DNA of 64,000 nucleotides from Turneriella sp. GTDB lineage: Bacteria > Spirochaetota > Leptospiria > Turneriellales > Turneriellaceae. The stretch is taken from contig CBDIID010000003.1 of assembly GCA_965279515.1 (NCBI GenBank), positions 4,512,001-4,576,000 on the forward strand. Direction: 5' to 3'. Below, one piece after another: positions 8,797 through 18,312 of the stretch. Every line of letters starts with the position of its first letter. The first letter of the stretch is position 1. The notes below the pieces were generated by a model, which was not told the origin of the DNA, did not search any database, and saw only the letters and a program-made list of their open reading frames with translations. The position numbers were made by a program, and so were the translations under genes.

Positions 8797-11182
8797 AGTA
8801 GCGCAGTTCTGACACGGCTGTCTCGCCGGGAAATGATTTTTCAGCGCGTGTCTTGGCGTCGCGGAAAGCCTCCGCTGGTTTGACTTGCCGCCGGTTTGTG
8901 CGCTGGAAAAAATCGAAAAGGAATGAGGTTTTTGCCTGCAGCGAAAGCGTCTGCGGCATCAGAATCAGGGTGAGGCCCGGCTTCCACCCCAAAGAAAATG
9001 CAGCCTGTATGCTATCCCCGTCGGCGATAATTTTTTCAGGTTTTGTATTACACGGCAGAGTCGGCTTGGATGACCCGCCGGAAAAAATCAGGCTGTCGTC
9101 ATAGCTGCCTGCCGCCGCGGGACAATCGCCGGCCTGCGCTGCGTCGGCAACGACAGAAAAATTGTCGGCGAGATCGTTCTTGAGCGATCGGGCCAGTGTT
9201 TCGTCCTGGGTGAGAATAATCAGGCGCTCGGGTATATTTTCGCTGCGCTTCTGGCACTCGGGGCATTGTGAATAGAACGGCGGCAGGTATGCCGTCAGCC
9301 TGGTTCCGCCCAGTTCGGCTATCGCTGAACCGTAAAGCGTGTAATCCCCCGGGGGGGCTTCATTCAAGACGGTGGTAATGGCCGTTCCCGGGCTTTTGCG
9401 CACCAGCCGCCATTTCCCCTTTTTTGCTGTGGCATCGAAAACGGCGATGAATATGGCGTCGGCGTAGATCGCCTTTTTCCCGGTTGTCGAAGACGGCGGT
9501 AATGCACGGGTTAATTCCGGCACATCGAGCACCGCCGCGGCGGTTTTTTTCAGCGCGATGGCCGCATCTGCCGCAGCGTAGAGAGATAAATTTGCTTCCG
9601 TCAGATTTTTCCAGACGAACCTGCGGTGTAGTTCTGCGATCAGCTCGCGTGCCGTTTTCTCGGAAAGGTTTGCCGGTATCGACGTTAAGGCGATGTCGGT
9701 GAGATCGTCCTTCAGATTGATGCCCCAGTCAAACAGCGCAAATTCGGGCCACAGCGAATTCAGCGTCTGCAGGTAAGCGACAGTGAGCTCCGGCAGCTTT
9801 TCCCGTTGGTTACGGGCAAGCGCATCGGCCAGCAAACGGCGCCGGTTGAGATGGCGTATGACTGCGGATGGGCTGCTTTCATGGGCTTTCATTTCCTTTG
9901 CATCGGCCAGGTGGTATGCGGCGACGGCCCTGATTTCCGCGGAATTTCCCTGTGCTTTGAGCAAAGCAGGCCAGAAGGTTTTCTCCCGGGGCTGATTACA
10001 CTCTTCGAAGAAGATTCTCTCGCGCACGCGCCATTCCCGCTCCATATCGGTTTCGGCAGTGTAAGGCGCCGCCGCAGGGCAGCTGCCCCGGTTGGTAAAG
10101 GCATACATCTTGAGCCGCAGCTGCTCGTTACGGATGGCTTTTTCCAGATCGACGATTTCATCACGCGGAATGTTCCCGGCTTTGCGGTGTTCCTCCAGCA
10201 ACTGCAGTGTCTCGCGCGACACACTCTCCGCATCGTTTTTCAGGCCCAGACGCAGCAGCAGATTCTGGGCGATGCCGCTGTATCCCAGGTAGTCGTTGAA
10301 ACTATCGGCGGCCTTGTTCTCATCGGCGCGCAGTGCGGTCCCGAGCACCCGTTTGGCATCTGTGTATGCCCCGGCATGGATATAAATACGGCCCAGGCCC
10401 ATGGCGTCGACCTGGTCCTTTTGTTTGTCTTCGAGGTACTGCGCGAGAAAGCGCGCGCGCCCCGCATTGCCATGGTGGATATTCTCGAAAATCCGGAAAA
10501 TACTGAGCCGCCGGTGCCAGTAGTTACGCACCGACGGCGCAAGTTTATCGCTGAGCGCCGCAAATTTTTCAGCGCTGACCTGGGGATTTTCCTTTTTGCT
10601 GCGAATGCTGACCGCATCGCGTACGAAACCCACCATCTGCTCCAGGTCAGCGTCCTTTTGGCGCAGCGGAGATCCCAGCTGCCGTTCTGTTTCCAGCACG
10701 AGATTATCGAATCCCGAGGTTTTAAGAATCCCGGTTTCATGCAGTACCAGCATCGACTCGATCTCGAGTTGCAGGCGGCAGAGCAGAAAATCTTCGAAGG
10801 TTTCCCGGTTCTCACCCCACGGCAGGCTCGCGGTCGTTACGGACTTAGGATCGCGCGGCCAGCTGAATCTGCCGCGCAGCGAAGCATAGGCGATGTCGAG
10901 CGCGGTACCGGCTTTTTGAAAATAAAAATTTGCCTGGCGCGCATCGCCACGCAAGGCAAAGTGATTGGCGATGGCGATTTGTCTCTGGAATTCAGAAAAC
11001 GGGCCCTCCTGGAACAGGATGTTCCAGTTGCCCTGCGCCATGATCGAATCGATGAGCCTCTTAGGCAGGGATGTGGCAATTTTAAAGGCATTCTTTTCAC
11101 GCCAGGGAACGGCGTCGGTCTGCGTGAAGAGCAGCGTGCCGCAAAGCAGGGATACTCTTGCGATATCCCTGGCTTTGAGCAT
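8780..11182 (-). CDS. Large exported hypothetical protein, helical-repeat rich, possibly with a degenerate CHAT-like C-terminus
   Basis: 800-aa ORF directly downstream of the acyl-CoA dehydrogenase; N-terminal signal-like segment. Confidence 0.7.
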   Translation of the reverse strand: MLKARDIARVSLLCGTLLFTQTDAVPWREKNAFKIATSLPKRLIDSIMAQGNWNILFQEGPFSEFQRQIAIANHFALRGDARQANFYFQKAGTALDIAYASLRGRFSWPRDPKSVTTASLPWGENRETFEDFLLCRLQLEIESMLVLHETGILKTSGFDNLVLETERQLGSPLRQKDADLEQMVGFVRDAVSIRSKKENPQVSAEKFAALSDKLAPSVRNYWHRRLSIFRIFENIHHGNAGRARFLAQYLEDKQKDQVDAMGLGRIYIHAGAYTDAKRVLGTALRADENKAADSFNDYLGYSGIAQNLLLRLGLKNDAESVSRETLQLLEEHRKAGNIPRDEIVDLEKAIRNEQLRLKMYAFTNRGSCPAAAPYTAETDMEREWRVRERIFFEECNQPREKTFWPALLKAQGNSAEIRAVAAYHLADAKEMKAHESSPSAVIRHLNRRRLLADALARNQREKLPELTVAYLQTLNSLWPEFALFDWGINLKDDLTDIALTSIPANLSEKTARELIAELHRRFVWKNLTEANLSLYAAADAAIALKKTAAAVLDVPELTRALPPSSTTGKKAIYADAIFIAVFDATAKKGKWRLVRKSPGTAITTVLNEAPPGDYTLYGSAIAELGGTRLTAYLPPFYSQCPECQKRSENIPERLIILTQDETLARSLKNDLADNFSVVADAAQAGDCPAAAGSYDDSLIFSGGSSKPTLPCNTKPEKIIADGDSIQAAFSLGWKPGLTLILMPQTLSLQAKTSFLFDFFQRTNRRQVKPAEAFRDAKTRAEKSFPGETAVSELRYYESQP

Positions 11183-11188
11183 TTGAGC

Positions 11189-12853
11189 TTACGCGGCTTT
11201 CAGACCCAGGGCGCGTGCCAGAAGTGCACGTGCAATGACACGCAGCGCGAGAACTTCTTCAGCGCCTTCGAAGATGCTGAAGACGCGTGCATCGACAAAG
11301 AGGCGCGAGACTTCATACTCTTCCGCGTAACCCATGCCGCCGTGGATCTGCAGCGCTTCGCGCGTGACCCATTCAGAGATGCGGCATGAATAGAATTTCA
11401 CGAGCGATGCTTCCATCGAACCTTCGTGTTTATCCATGAGGCGTGCAGATTTATACGTCATCTGGCGCACGGCCTGCGTGATCGCGGCCATCTTTGCAAT
11501 TTTATGGTGGTTGATACCGTAAGCGATGATCGGCTTGCCGAAGATCTTGCGGTCCATGGCATACTGAAGTGCCTTCTCAATCGCTGCTTGCATGACGCCC
11601 GTAGCGCGTGCTGCGGTTTGCAGACGGCCGCCGGCAAAGCCTGCCATTTGCAGGTAGAAGCCTTTGCCGAGACCCGCTTCGCCACCGATGAGATTTTCAT
11701 CGGGTACAAAATAGTCTTCGAACACGACTTCGTACGAATGCATACCGCGGTAGCCGATCGTAGAGATCGCTTTGCCATGAACGCGGCCACCCTGCGGCTG
11801 GGTGTAGTCGAATTCATGATCGCGCGTCGGCGGTTTCTCGGCGAGTAGAATCGACAGGCCCTTATGCTTCAGTTTCATGTCAGGGTTGGTACGCGCAAGC
11901 ACCAGCATGACGTCGGCCATGCCGGCAAAGGTGCACCAGGTTTTGACGCCGTTGATCTTCCAGCCGCCGTCGACTTTAACCGCGGCGACTTTCATGCCGG
12001 CTACATCTGAACCATAATCGGGTTCGGTCACGGCGACGGCGCATTTTTTCTCGCCTGAAGCGAGTAGGGGGAGCCACTTTTGTTTCTGTTCCTCGGTACC
12101 ACCGGCAGCAATGGCCTTGGCGACAATTTCAGGGCGGGTGATGAGGCTGCCGGCAACGCCGACGCTGCCGCGTGAAAGCTCTTCGGTGACGACTGCCATC
12201 GAAGTGTGGTCAGGTGCCGCGTCGGATTGAAATCCGCCATAGGCATCGGAGATCGAAAGGCCGAAACAACCCATTTCGGCGAGGCCGTCGATGATTTCAT
12301 CCGGGATGGTAAGGTCGCCACGGTGCACTTTCTCAGCGATGGGTTTGACCTGGCCTTCGGCAAATTTACGGAACGTGTCGGCCATCATCGACTGGTCGTC
12401 GTTCAGGCCATAGGCGCCGAAATCTTTGGATGACGCCAGCATGTCGGCAATCTTTTTAGCAAAGCCTTCAGAACTGTATTCTGTGACAAAGGCGTAAATG
12501 TCGGCCGAATGGATTTCGTTTTCAAACGTTGCGGGATTAACACCCATCTTGTGCGCGGCGATGCGGAAACGCCCGATGATATCTACCAGCGCGTCCGCGA
12601 TGAAGAACAGCGATAAGCTTTCTTCAATGCTGCCGGCGGCTTTACCTACCTTGCCGGGGTAGTCGATCATCTCATCGATGGCGAAGAGTTCGGCTGCGAC
12701 CCACGCCAGGTCGTAGTTCGCGACCTGGTCGAGATCCATTTTGTCGGTCGAGATATTGTTATTCTCAACGGCCTTATCGGCCAGAAATTTCTCAAATTTA
12801 TTGTAGAAATTTCTGACGTGGCCCGTCAGGGCCTTCGCCTTGTCCAGCGCCAT
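11189..12853 (-). CDS. Acyl-CoA dehydrogenase with N-terminal extension
   Basis: AVTEPDYGSD, INGVKTWCT, GYRG, ALQIHGGMGYAEEY, RLFVDARVFSIFEG. Confidence 0.95.
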   Translation of the reverse strand: MALDKAKALTGHVRNFYNKFEKFLADKAVENNNISTDKMDLDQVANYDLAWVAAELFAIDEMIDYPGKVGKAAGSIEESLSLFFIADALVDIIGRFRIAAHKMGVNPATFENEIHSADIYAFVTEYSSEGFAKKIADMLASSKDFGAYGLNDDQSMMADTFRKFAEGQVKPIAEKVHRGDLTIPDEIIDGLAEMGCFGLSISDAYGGFQSDAAPDHTSMAVVTEELSRGSVGVAGSLITRPEIVAKAIAAGGTEEQKQKWLPLLASGEKKCAVAVTEPDYGSDVAGMKVAAVKVDGGWKINGVKTWCTFAGMADVMLVLARTNPDMKLKHKGLSILLAEKPPTRDHEFDYTQPQGGRVHGKAISTIGYRGMHSYEVVFEDYFVPDENLIGGEAGLGKGFYLQMAGFAGGRLQTAARATGVMQAAIEKALQYAMDRKIFGKPIIAYGINHHKIAKMAAITQAVRQMTYKSARLMDKHEGSMEASLVKFYSCRISEWVTREALQIHGGMGYAEEYEVSRLFVDARVFSIFEGAEEVLALRVIARALLARALGLKAA

Positions 12854-12854
12854 G

Positions 12855-14114
12855 TTATTTGCCTTTCTCTACGCCGACGATGTGCACGACGTTGGTGGTC
12901 GCAGAGCCGCCGATGTTCAGTGTCGCTGCCACTTTCGCGTCTTCAACCTGGTTCTCCCCGGCATTACCTGAGAGCTGTTTGAAGACATCGAGCAGTTGGC
13001 GTGCGCCGGTTGCGCCGACGGGGTGCCCTGCGCCGATGAGTCCGCCAGACGGGTTGAAGGGCAGCTTGCCGCCGATCTTGATGTCGCCCGAGTCGATCGC
13101 CTTATAGGCTTCGCCGGGTGCAGTCATACCAAAGTGTTCGATGGCAGCGTACTCAGAGGTCGTGAAACAGTCGTGGGTCTCGACGAGGTCGAGATCTTTA
13201 GGTCCCTTAATGCCGGCGCGCTTGTAAGCGTCGGTGATGGCCTTGCGCGTATGGGGGAGAATATACTTCCCTTCTTTTTTCGCCGCATAGGCTTCTTCGG
13301 TTTTCACGTCGAAGAGAATCGGTGCTGTTGCATGGCCCCAGCCCATGATGTAGGGGATGTTTTTGAGTTTCAGGTCATGCTTCTTGGCGTAACTCTTCGC
13401 GTATTTCTCTGAAGCCAGAAAGATCACGGCCGCACCGTCAGTCACCTGTGAGCAGTCGGTGATGTGGATAATGCCGCCGACTTCCATGTTGAAGTTGCCG
13501 CGCGTTAAGGCGTGCTGCTTGTTCATGTACCATTCGCGGGTCTGCGCGACAGGGTTCTTTTTCGCGTTGTCATAGTTGATCGCCGAAATCTCGGCCAGGT
13601 GGTCGTATTTCAGGCCATAGAGTTCTTCGTAAACAGTGCCCAGACGGCCGAAGAGTTTCGGGAAAGGGAACTGGACGCCTTTGGCTTCCTTGTCGTACCA
13701 GGCTGCAGTACCGAGGTAATCCCCACCGACCTTGCTGTCGACGGATTTCATCATCTCGACGCCCACGACCATAGACAGGTCATAGTGGCCGGCTTCGATT
13801 TCGGTGCGTGCCACCAGGCTTGAAATCGCGCCAGAAGCGCAGGCCGCTTCGTGGCGGCTGGTCGGCACACCGCGCAGCTTTTCGCTGTAGTTGACGCTCA
13901 TCGCGCCGAGGTGACCCTGCATGGTATAGAGTTCGCCGGCAAAGTTGCCGACGTGGATCGATTCAACGTCGCCCGGATCGATGTCGGTCGCATTGAATGC
14001 CCCGTCCATACCCTCGTGCATGAGCGCCTGGATCGTCTTGCCTTCTTTGCTCCAGTTGCGCGCGAAATCTGTTTGATATCCGCCTAAGATGTATACCCGT
14101 TCTAGTTTTGCCAT
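12855..14114 (-). CDS. Thiolase / acetyl-CoA acetyltransferase (SCP2-thiolase type)
   Basis: EAACASG catalytic Cys, DCSQVTDGA, ETHDCF (HDCF fingerprint), NPSGG..GHPVGATG. Confidence 0.93.
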   Translation of the reverse strand: MAKLERVYILGGYQTDFARNWSKEGKTIQALMHEGMDGAFNATDIDPGDVESIHVGNFAGELYTMQGHLGAMSVNYSEKLRGVPTSRHEAACASGAISSLVARTEIEAGHYDLSMVVGVEMMKSVDSKVGGDYLGTAAWYDKEAKGVQFPFPKLFGRLGTVYEELYGLKYDHLAEISAINYDNAKKNPVAQTREWYMNKQHALTRGNFNMEVGGIIHITDCSQVTDGAAVIFLASEKYAKSYAKKHDLKLKNIPYIMGWGHATAPILFDVKTEEAYAAKKEGKYILPHTRKAITDAYKRAGIKGPKDLDLVETHDCFTTSEYAAIEHFGMTAPGEAYKAIDSGDIKIGGKLPFNPSGGLIGAGHPVGATGARQLLDVFKQLSGNAGENQVEDAKVAATLNIGGSATTNVVHIVGVEKGK

Positions 14115-14149
14115 AGTATGCTCCTTGCCGCTTAAGTGTACTAACTAAA

Positions 14150-15451
14150 TTAGCGGCCCGCTAAAAATTTGCTGACGTCTGCCACGCGGCAAATGCGTCC
14201 TTTATCTTTGAGGTTCTTAAGCCCAGCCGGTACCGGCAGCTTCGCTTTTTCGATGAGGGCGCAGGTCTCTTTGACGCCGCCAAAGAGATCGACCCAGCCC
14301 GAGGCGGGCAGCCAAGAGAAGCCCGACGACATGACTCGGTCGATACCGTGGATGCCATCCTTTTCAGGCGTCACTTCGCCGATGCGCGCAAAGCTGTAGG
14401 CGACATAGCCCAGAATGAAGTGGCGTACGATTTCGCCTTCTTCGCCGGGGGCTGTCTTGATGAGTTTGATGGCGTCCGCGTACATGCCATCCTGGATCGC
14501 GGCCTTGGTCTTCTGCACCCAGTCAATTTTCTCTTTTTTCGTCGGTGCGAATGTCAGATCGGCGATGTTGAGCGTGGTCTTATTCTTTTCCGCGTCGCGG
14601 TTAAAATAGCCGCCTTTGCCCTTCGCCTTGCGGCCGAGCATGCCCTGGTCCATCATGCGCTGCATGTAAGCAGGCATCTTGTAGGTATCGATACGTTCGT
14701 CTTTGACGTTCGCCACAACGTTGTCGACGATCGCCTTATGCACGTCGAGGCCGACGAGGTCAATCGTCGCGAGCGGGGCGAGCGCCCGGCCCGTGTATGG
14801 CCCGAGCAGGTAATCCATCTTATCAACGCCGTATTTCTCGGCATAGATCGCCGCTTCGTTGAGGAACTGGAAGCCGATACGGTTACCCGCAAACGCCGCA
14901 GTATCTTCGGTGATGATGTTCACACGGCGCAGTACCTTTTCGCAGAAGTCGTAGACGAATTCGCGTGTTTCGGCGGGCACCTCAGGGTGAAAGATCAGCT
15001 CGTTGGCGGGCAGTTTGCCGGGGGGATTATAAAAGTGCGTGCCCATGAAATTCTTGCGGAAATTATCGTTTCTGCCTTCGCCCATTTTACGGATCGAGAG
15101 GCCTGAAGAAACGGTACTGACGATCGCATCGGGTTTTTTGAGTTTTTCGATCTTGGCGAAAAACTCATTCTTGATCGCCATGTCTTCGGCCAAACCTTCA
15201 AAAATCCAGTCGCACGAGGGAATCTCTTTCTCAAGATCGTCGTAGCTCGCCGCCTTGATGTATTTCCTGAGCACGTCGGAACGTGCCTGCCCCACAGCGG
15301 CTTCAAGCCCCGCGGTCGCCTTGTCGAGGGAGCGCGCAAAGAAAACGCATTCAATATCAGCCTGTGCGAAGATACCGCCAGACAAGGAACCCATGTTCCC
15401 GGAAGCCCCTAAAACTCCAACTTTCTTGATGATTCGACTCGATTTAGCCAT
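14150..15451 (-). CDS. 3-hydroxyacyl-CoA dehydrogenase
   Basis: Rossmann VGVLGASGNMG, E.LAED..IK, STVSSGL, GTHFYNP, FAGNRI, DLVGLDV. Confidence 0.92.
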   Translation of the reverse strand: MAKSSRIIKKVGVLGASGNMGSLSGGIFAQADIECVFFARSLDKATAGLEAAVGQARSDVLRKYIKAASYDDLEKEIPSCDWIFEGLAEDMAIKNEFFAKIEKLKKPDAIVSTVSSGLSIRKMGEGRNDNFRKNFMGTHFYNPPGKLPANELIFHPEVPAETREFVYDFCEKVLRRVNIITEDTAAFAGNRIGFQFLNEAAIYAEKYGVDKMDYLLGPYTGRALAPLATIDLVGLDVHKAIVDNVVANVKDERIDTYKMPAYMQRMMDQGMLGRKAKGKGGYFNRDAEKNKTTLNIADLTFAPTKKEKIDWVQKTKAAIQDGMYADAIKLIKTAPGEEGEIVRHFILGYVAYSFARIGEVTPEKDGIHGIDRVMSSGFSWLPASGWVDLFGGVKETCALIEKAKLPVPAGLKNLKDKGRICRVADVSKFLAGR

Positions 15452-15540
15452 GTTTACTCCTTTTATTTGAGGCCATTTTTTACCTCAAAGCTCATTTCGG
15501 CTCGCCTAAGTGCGGCTTTTGAACAGACCGACAAGCAAAA

Positions 15541-15732
15541 CCCAGGTAGTTTCCTGACAAGGAAACTGCCGGGCTGGCCCCCGGAACCGAAAAAGTGAAA
15601 AGCAGCAAAGTCGCTTGGCTGCCAAGCGACGACGCGCTTTAGCAGTCGTTTGGCTTTGCAAACGACGCGACCCGTCTTAGGGTCTCCGCCTCGGCGGCTT
15701 TTCGCTTTTTCGGTATTTTTTCCGGGGCCAGC
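15541..15732. other. Highly structured intergenic element with long terminal inverted repeats and internal hairpins (ncRNA or MITE/REP-like)
   Basis: GCTGGCCCCCGGA-ACCGAAAAAGTGAAAAGC pairs with GCTTTTCGCTTTTTCGGT..TCCGGGGCCAGC; four internal hairpins; adjacent GGTAGTTTCCT-GACA-AGGAAACTGCC hairpin. Confidence 0.65.
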
Positions 15733-15735
15733 GTC

Positions 15736-16956
15736 TTATGCAGGGCTGAGCACTGGTCGACCGGGGCGGAAGTAATAGAATGCCCAGACCAATGATATGG
15801 CGGCAATCCCCGCCACACCGGCGATTACCGGTATATTAGCATAGCGCGTCGCATAGGCCGCAAAGGCGACATTGAGGCCCATGCGGATGACCTCTGAGGG
15901 CAAGAGCCATCTTTTAGCTTCGAGTATGCCCGCCCAGTTGATGATACTGTGCCAGAGTAGGGCGGCACCCACCCATTTCAGCTCATACGAAAGCGGTGAT
16001 TTGGGAGAGATTACCAGCAGCATCAGTACCGCCGTCAAAATCACCTGCACGACGATATAGGTTTTCGCGCCGTCAAACATCGGCGAAGCAAAACGCTGCT
16101 GGTTCTTCTCGGTAATCTCGGGTGGCAGTGGTTTCATGCCCTCGGGCGACCAGCTGAGCGGCATAAACCAGATACGGATTTTATCCCACCAGCTTTTCGC
16201 CTTCAGCATGTCTTTGAAGATCAGTACATAGTAGTGGAAATTGATTTTGATGGGGTCAAACGACTTGGGGTGGCTGTACATCCCATAGACGACCTTTTCT
16301 TTTTCTTCGGCGAAACTGCCGAACATGCGGTCCCAGATAATCAGAAACTCGCCGAAATTTTTATCGAGGTACTGGTAATTGACGCCGTGGTGTACGCGGT
16401 GGTGCGAGGGTGTCGTGAAAATAAACTCAATTGGTTTCCAGAGTTTGGGAATAAACTCAGTGTGGTGCAGAAATGAAATGAAGAGATGCAGCGCCGTCAT
16501 GGTATAGATATCGAACGGCGTGAAACCCACCAGTGTCAATGGCCAGAAAAAGAAAAAGGAAAACAGGCGCTGCGTGACGCTGGCCCTCAGGGCCACCATA
16601 AAATTCATCTCTTCGGCGGAGTGGTGGGGCGAGTGCGCGGCCCACATGATTTTCATATGGTGGCCCCAGCGGTGCACCCAGTAAAAGATGAAGTCCACAC
16701 CCAGAAGCAGCAAAATAAAGTTCACGGCGTTCATTTCCAGCGGGCCAGCGATACGGTAATTCGCATGCAGCCAGCCATAGACCTCGTAGACGCCGGCGGC
16801 AACGAGCAGGTTGACGGTCTGGTTGCCGAGGGCGGTACCGAAGTTGGCCACGGCTTCCTGGAAACGGATATACTTCCGCTTGAAAATAAAACAGGCGGCG
16901 ATTTCGAGCAATACAAAGAAGATCGCGATCGGGGTCAGTAATGCGTAGATGTTCAT
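15736..16956 (-). CDS. Sterol desaturase / alkylglycerol monooxygenase-like membrane protein (paralog of 6318-7589)
   Basis: FYWVHRWGH, HSPHHS, FLHHTE, TPSHHRVHHG, DKNFG..IWDRMFG. Confidence 0.9.
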   Translation of the reverse strand: MNIYALLTPIAIFFVLLEIAACFIFKRKYIRFQEAVANFGTALGNQTVNLLVAAGVYEVYGWLHANYRIAGPLEMNAVNFILLLLGVDFIFYWVHRWGHHMKIMWAAHSPHHSAEEMNFMVALRASVTQRLFSFFFFWPLTLVGFTPFDIYTMTALHLFISFLHHTEFIPKLWKPIEFIFTTPSHHRVHHGVNYQYLDKNFGEFLIIWDRMFGSFAEEKEKVVYGMYSHPKSFDPIKINFHYYVLIFKDMLKAKSWWDKIRIWFMPLSWSPEGMKPLPPEITEKNQQRFASPMFDGAKTYIVVQVILTAVLMLLVISPKSPLSYELKWVGAALLWHSIINWAGILEAKRWLLPSEVIRMGLNVAFAAYATRYANIPVIAGVAGIAAISLVWAFYYFRPGRPVLSPA

Positions 16957-17034
16957 GGCCGCTAGTATCCGGCCGGGGCTGGCGGTATACGATTTTTTCT
17001 GTACAGGCGATCCGTAGTCTTCCGAAAATAGAAT

Positions 17035-17541
17035 ATGCTGCGTTTGCTGTTATTTAGCGTGTGTTCAATACCGCTGTTTGCCCAGGGCATGCCGGCAAAA
17101 CCGGCCAGCGAGCCTGTCACCGTAGCACCCGTTGTAAAAACAGTTACCGAGGAACGCAAAGAAACCCTGAAAAAACTCATCGATGCGGCCGTGTTGATGC
17201 TCGAGGCTAAGGCATACCGGCAGTTTATCCAGGCCTTCGTTGATGATGAAGACCGCCGCCGCTTTGAGCAGGCATATACCCGTAGCGGCGCCGTGAACTA
17301 CGATGAATGGGGTAAAGATAAGGGTGTGCAGATGCTGAAGGTGCTCAGGCAAATCGCGGCGATGGATCCCGTGATGACCGAGATGCGGGCCTGTTATGCA
17401 ATGCCGGATATCCCCCGCGGAAAATTTTCATTCGTCTTTATAAAGGGGGCGTGGTTTATCGAAAACAAAAGCGTCTGCCCCGCCGAAATTCTGAAGAAAG
17501 TTGAAACGCCGGTTGAAATTAAACCAGGACCGAAAAACTAA
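17035..17541 (+). CDS. Exported hypothetical protein
   Basis: Signal peptide MLRLLLFSVCSIPLFA; host-like codon usage. Confidence 0.7.
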   Translation: MLRLLLFSVCSIPLFAQGMPAKPASEPVTVAPVVKTVTEERKETLKKLIDAAVLMLEAKAYRQFIQAFVDDEDRRRFEQAYTRSGAVNYDEWGKDKGVQMLKVLRQIAAMDPVMTEMRACYAMPDIPRGKFSFVFIKGAWFIENKSVCPAEILKKVETPVEIKPGPKN

Positions 17542-17551
17542 TACGAAATGT

Positions 17552-17938
17552 TTATCTCTTCTCGATGAGATCCCATTTGTTGCCGTAGAGGTCTTTAAAC
17601 ACCACCACGCGGCCATAAGCTTCATCGCGCGGCTTTTGTATAAATTCAATACCGTGCTTCAGGTAATCCTCGTAGGTCTTTTCAAAATCTTTGGTGTAGA
17701 GAAACAGAAAGACACGGTTGCCGGTTTGATTGCCGATGCGTGAAATCTGTTCCGGCGTAACCGCTTTAGCGAGCAATAGGTTCACGGGCGAGGTGGGGCT
17801 TGGAGCGATCACAATCCAGCGTTTATCATCGTTGATGCGCGTGTCGCCAACGAGCGTAAAGCCCAGCTTTTTTGTATAAAATTCAATAGCCTCGTCGTAG
17901 TCACGGACAATCAGCGCAATCTGTCGGATTTCCAGCAT
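17552..17938 (-). CDS. VOC / glyoxalase family protein
   Basis: IALIVRDYDEAIEFYTKKLGF, RW, GNQTG, PRDEAYGRVVVFKDLYGNKWDL. Confidence 0.92.
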   Translation of the reverse strand: MLEIRQIALIVRDYDEAIEFYTKKLGFTLVGDTRINDDKRWIVIAPSPTSPVNLLLAKAVTPEQISRIGNQTGNRVFLFLYTKDFEKTYEDYLKHGIEFIQKPRDEAYGRVVVFKDLYGNKWDLIEKR

Positions 17939-17946
17939 AGGCTTAC

Positions 17947-18312
17947 TTAACCGCTGCACTTCTCGCGCAAATTGGTTTTTTCAATGGTAATTTTTGCGCG
18001 GCAGCTGCCTGCTTCACAGTCGACAACTCGTTTTTTCTGATTTTCTATCCTATACTGCGTGGCATCCTGATCGCCACAGAACTTGGGCCAGTGGCTCATG
18101 GCGTCCATCAGCGCTGCCTCGCGCGCCATCGCCGTCGCCTGAACCTGCGGCAGGTCAGCTTTCGCTGTTCCTTCCCCGACAAGTTGCAGTGTGTCGCCGC
18201 TGATAAAGCCCTCGCGCCAGCCGCCGGTAGCGCAGGCGAGCGAACTCGCGCAAAACGGGAATGTTATCAGCACCATGAGGAGACTGATATGCCATGGGGC
18301 TTTCATGTCCAT
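17947..18312 (-). CDS. Hypothetical lipoprotein
   Basis: Hydrophobic signal with SLAC lipobox; Cys pairs; abuts the kdsA stop. Confidence 0.65.
   Translation of the reverse strand: MDMKAPWHISLLMVLITFPFCASSLACATGGWREGFISGDTLQLVGEGTAKADLPQVQATAMAREAALMDAMSHWPKFCGDQDATQYRIENQKKRVVDCEAGSCRAKITIEKTNLREKCSG

Noticed and set aside
9806..11389. 527-aa plus-strand ORF
   Set aside because: Antisense shadow of the 800-aa and acyl-CoA dehydrogenase genes; no recognisable motifs; such shadows are common with GC-biased codon usage.
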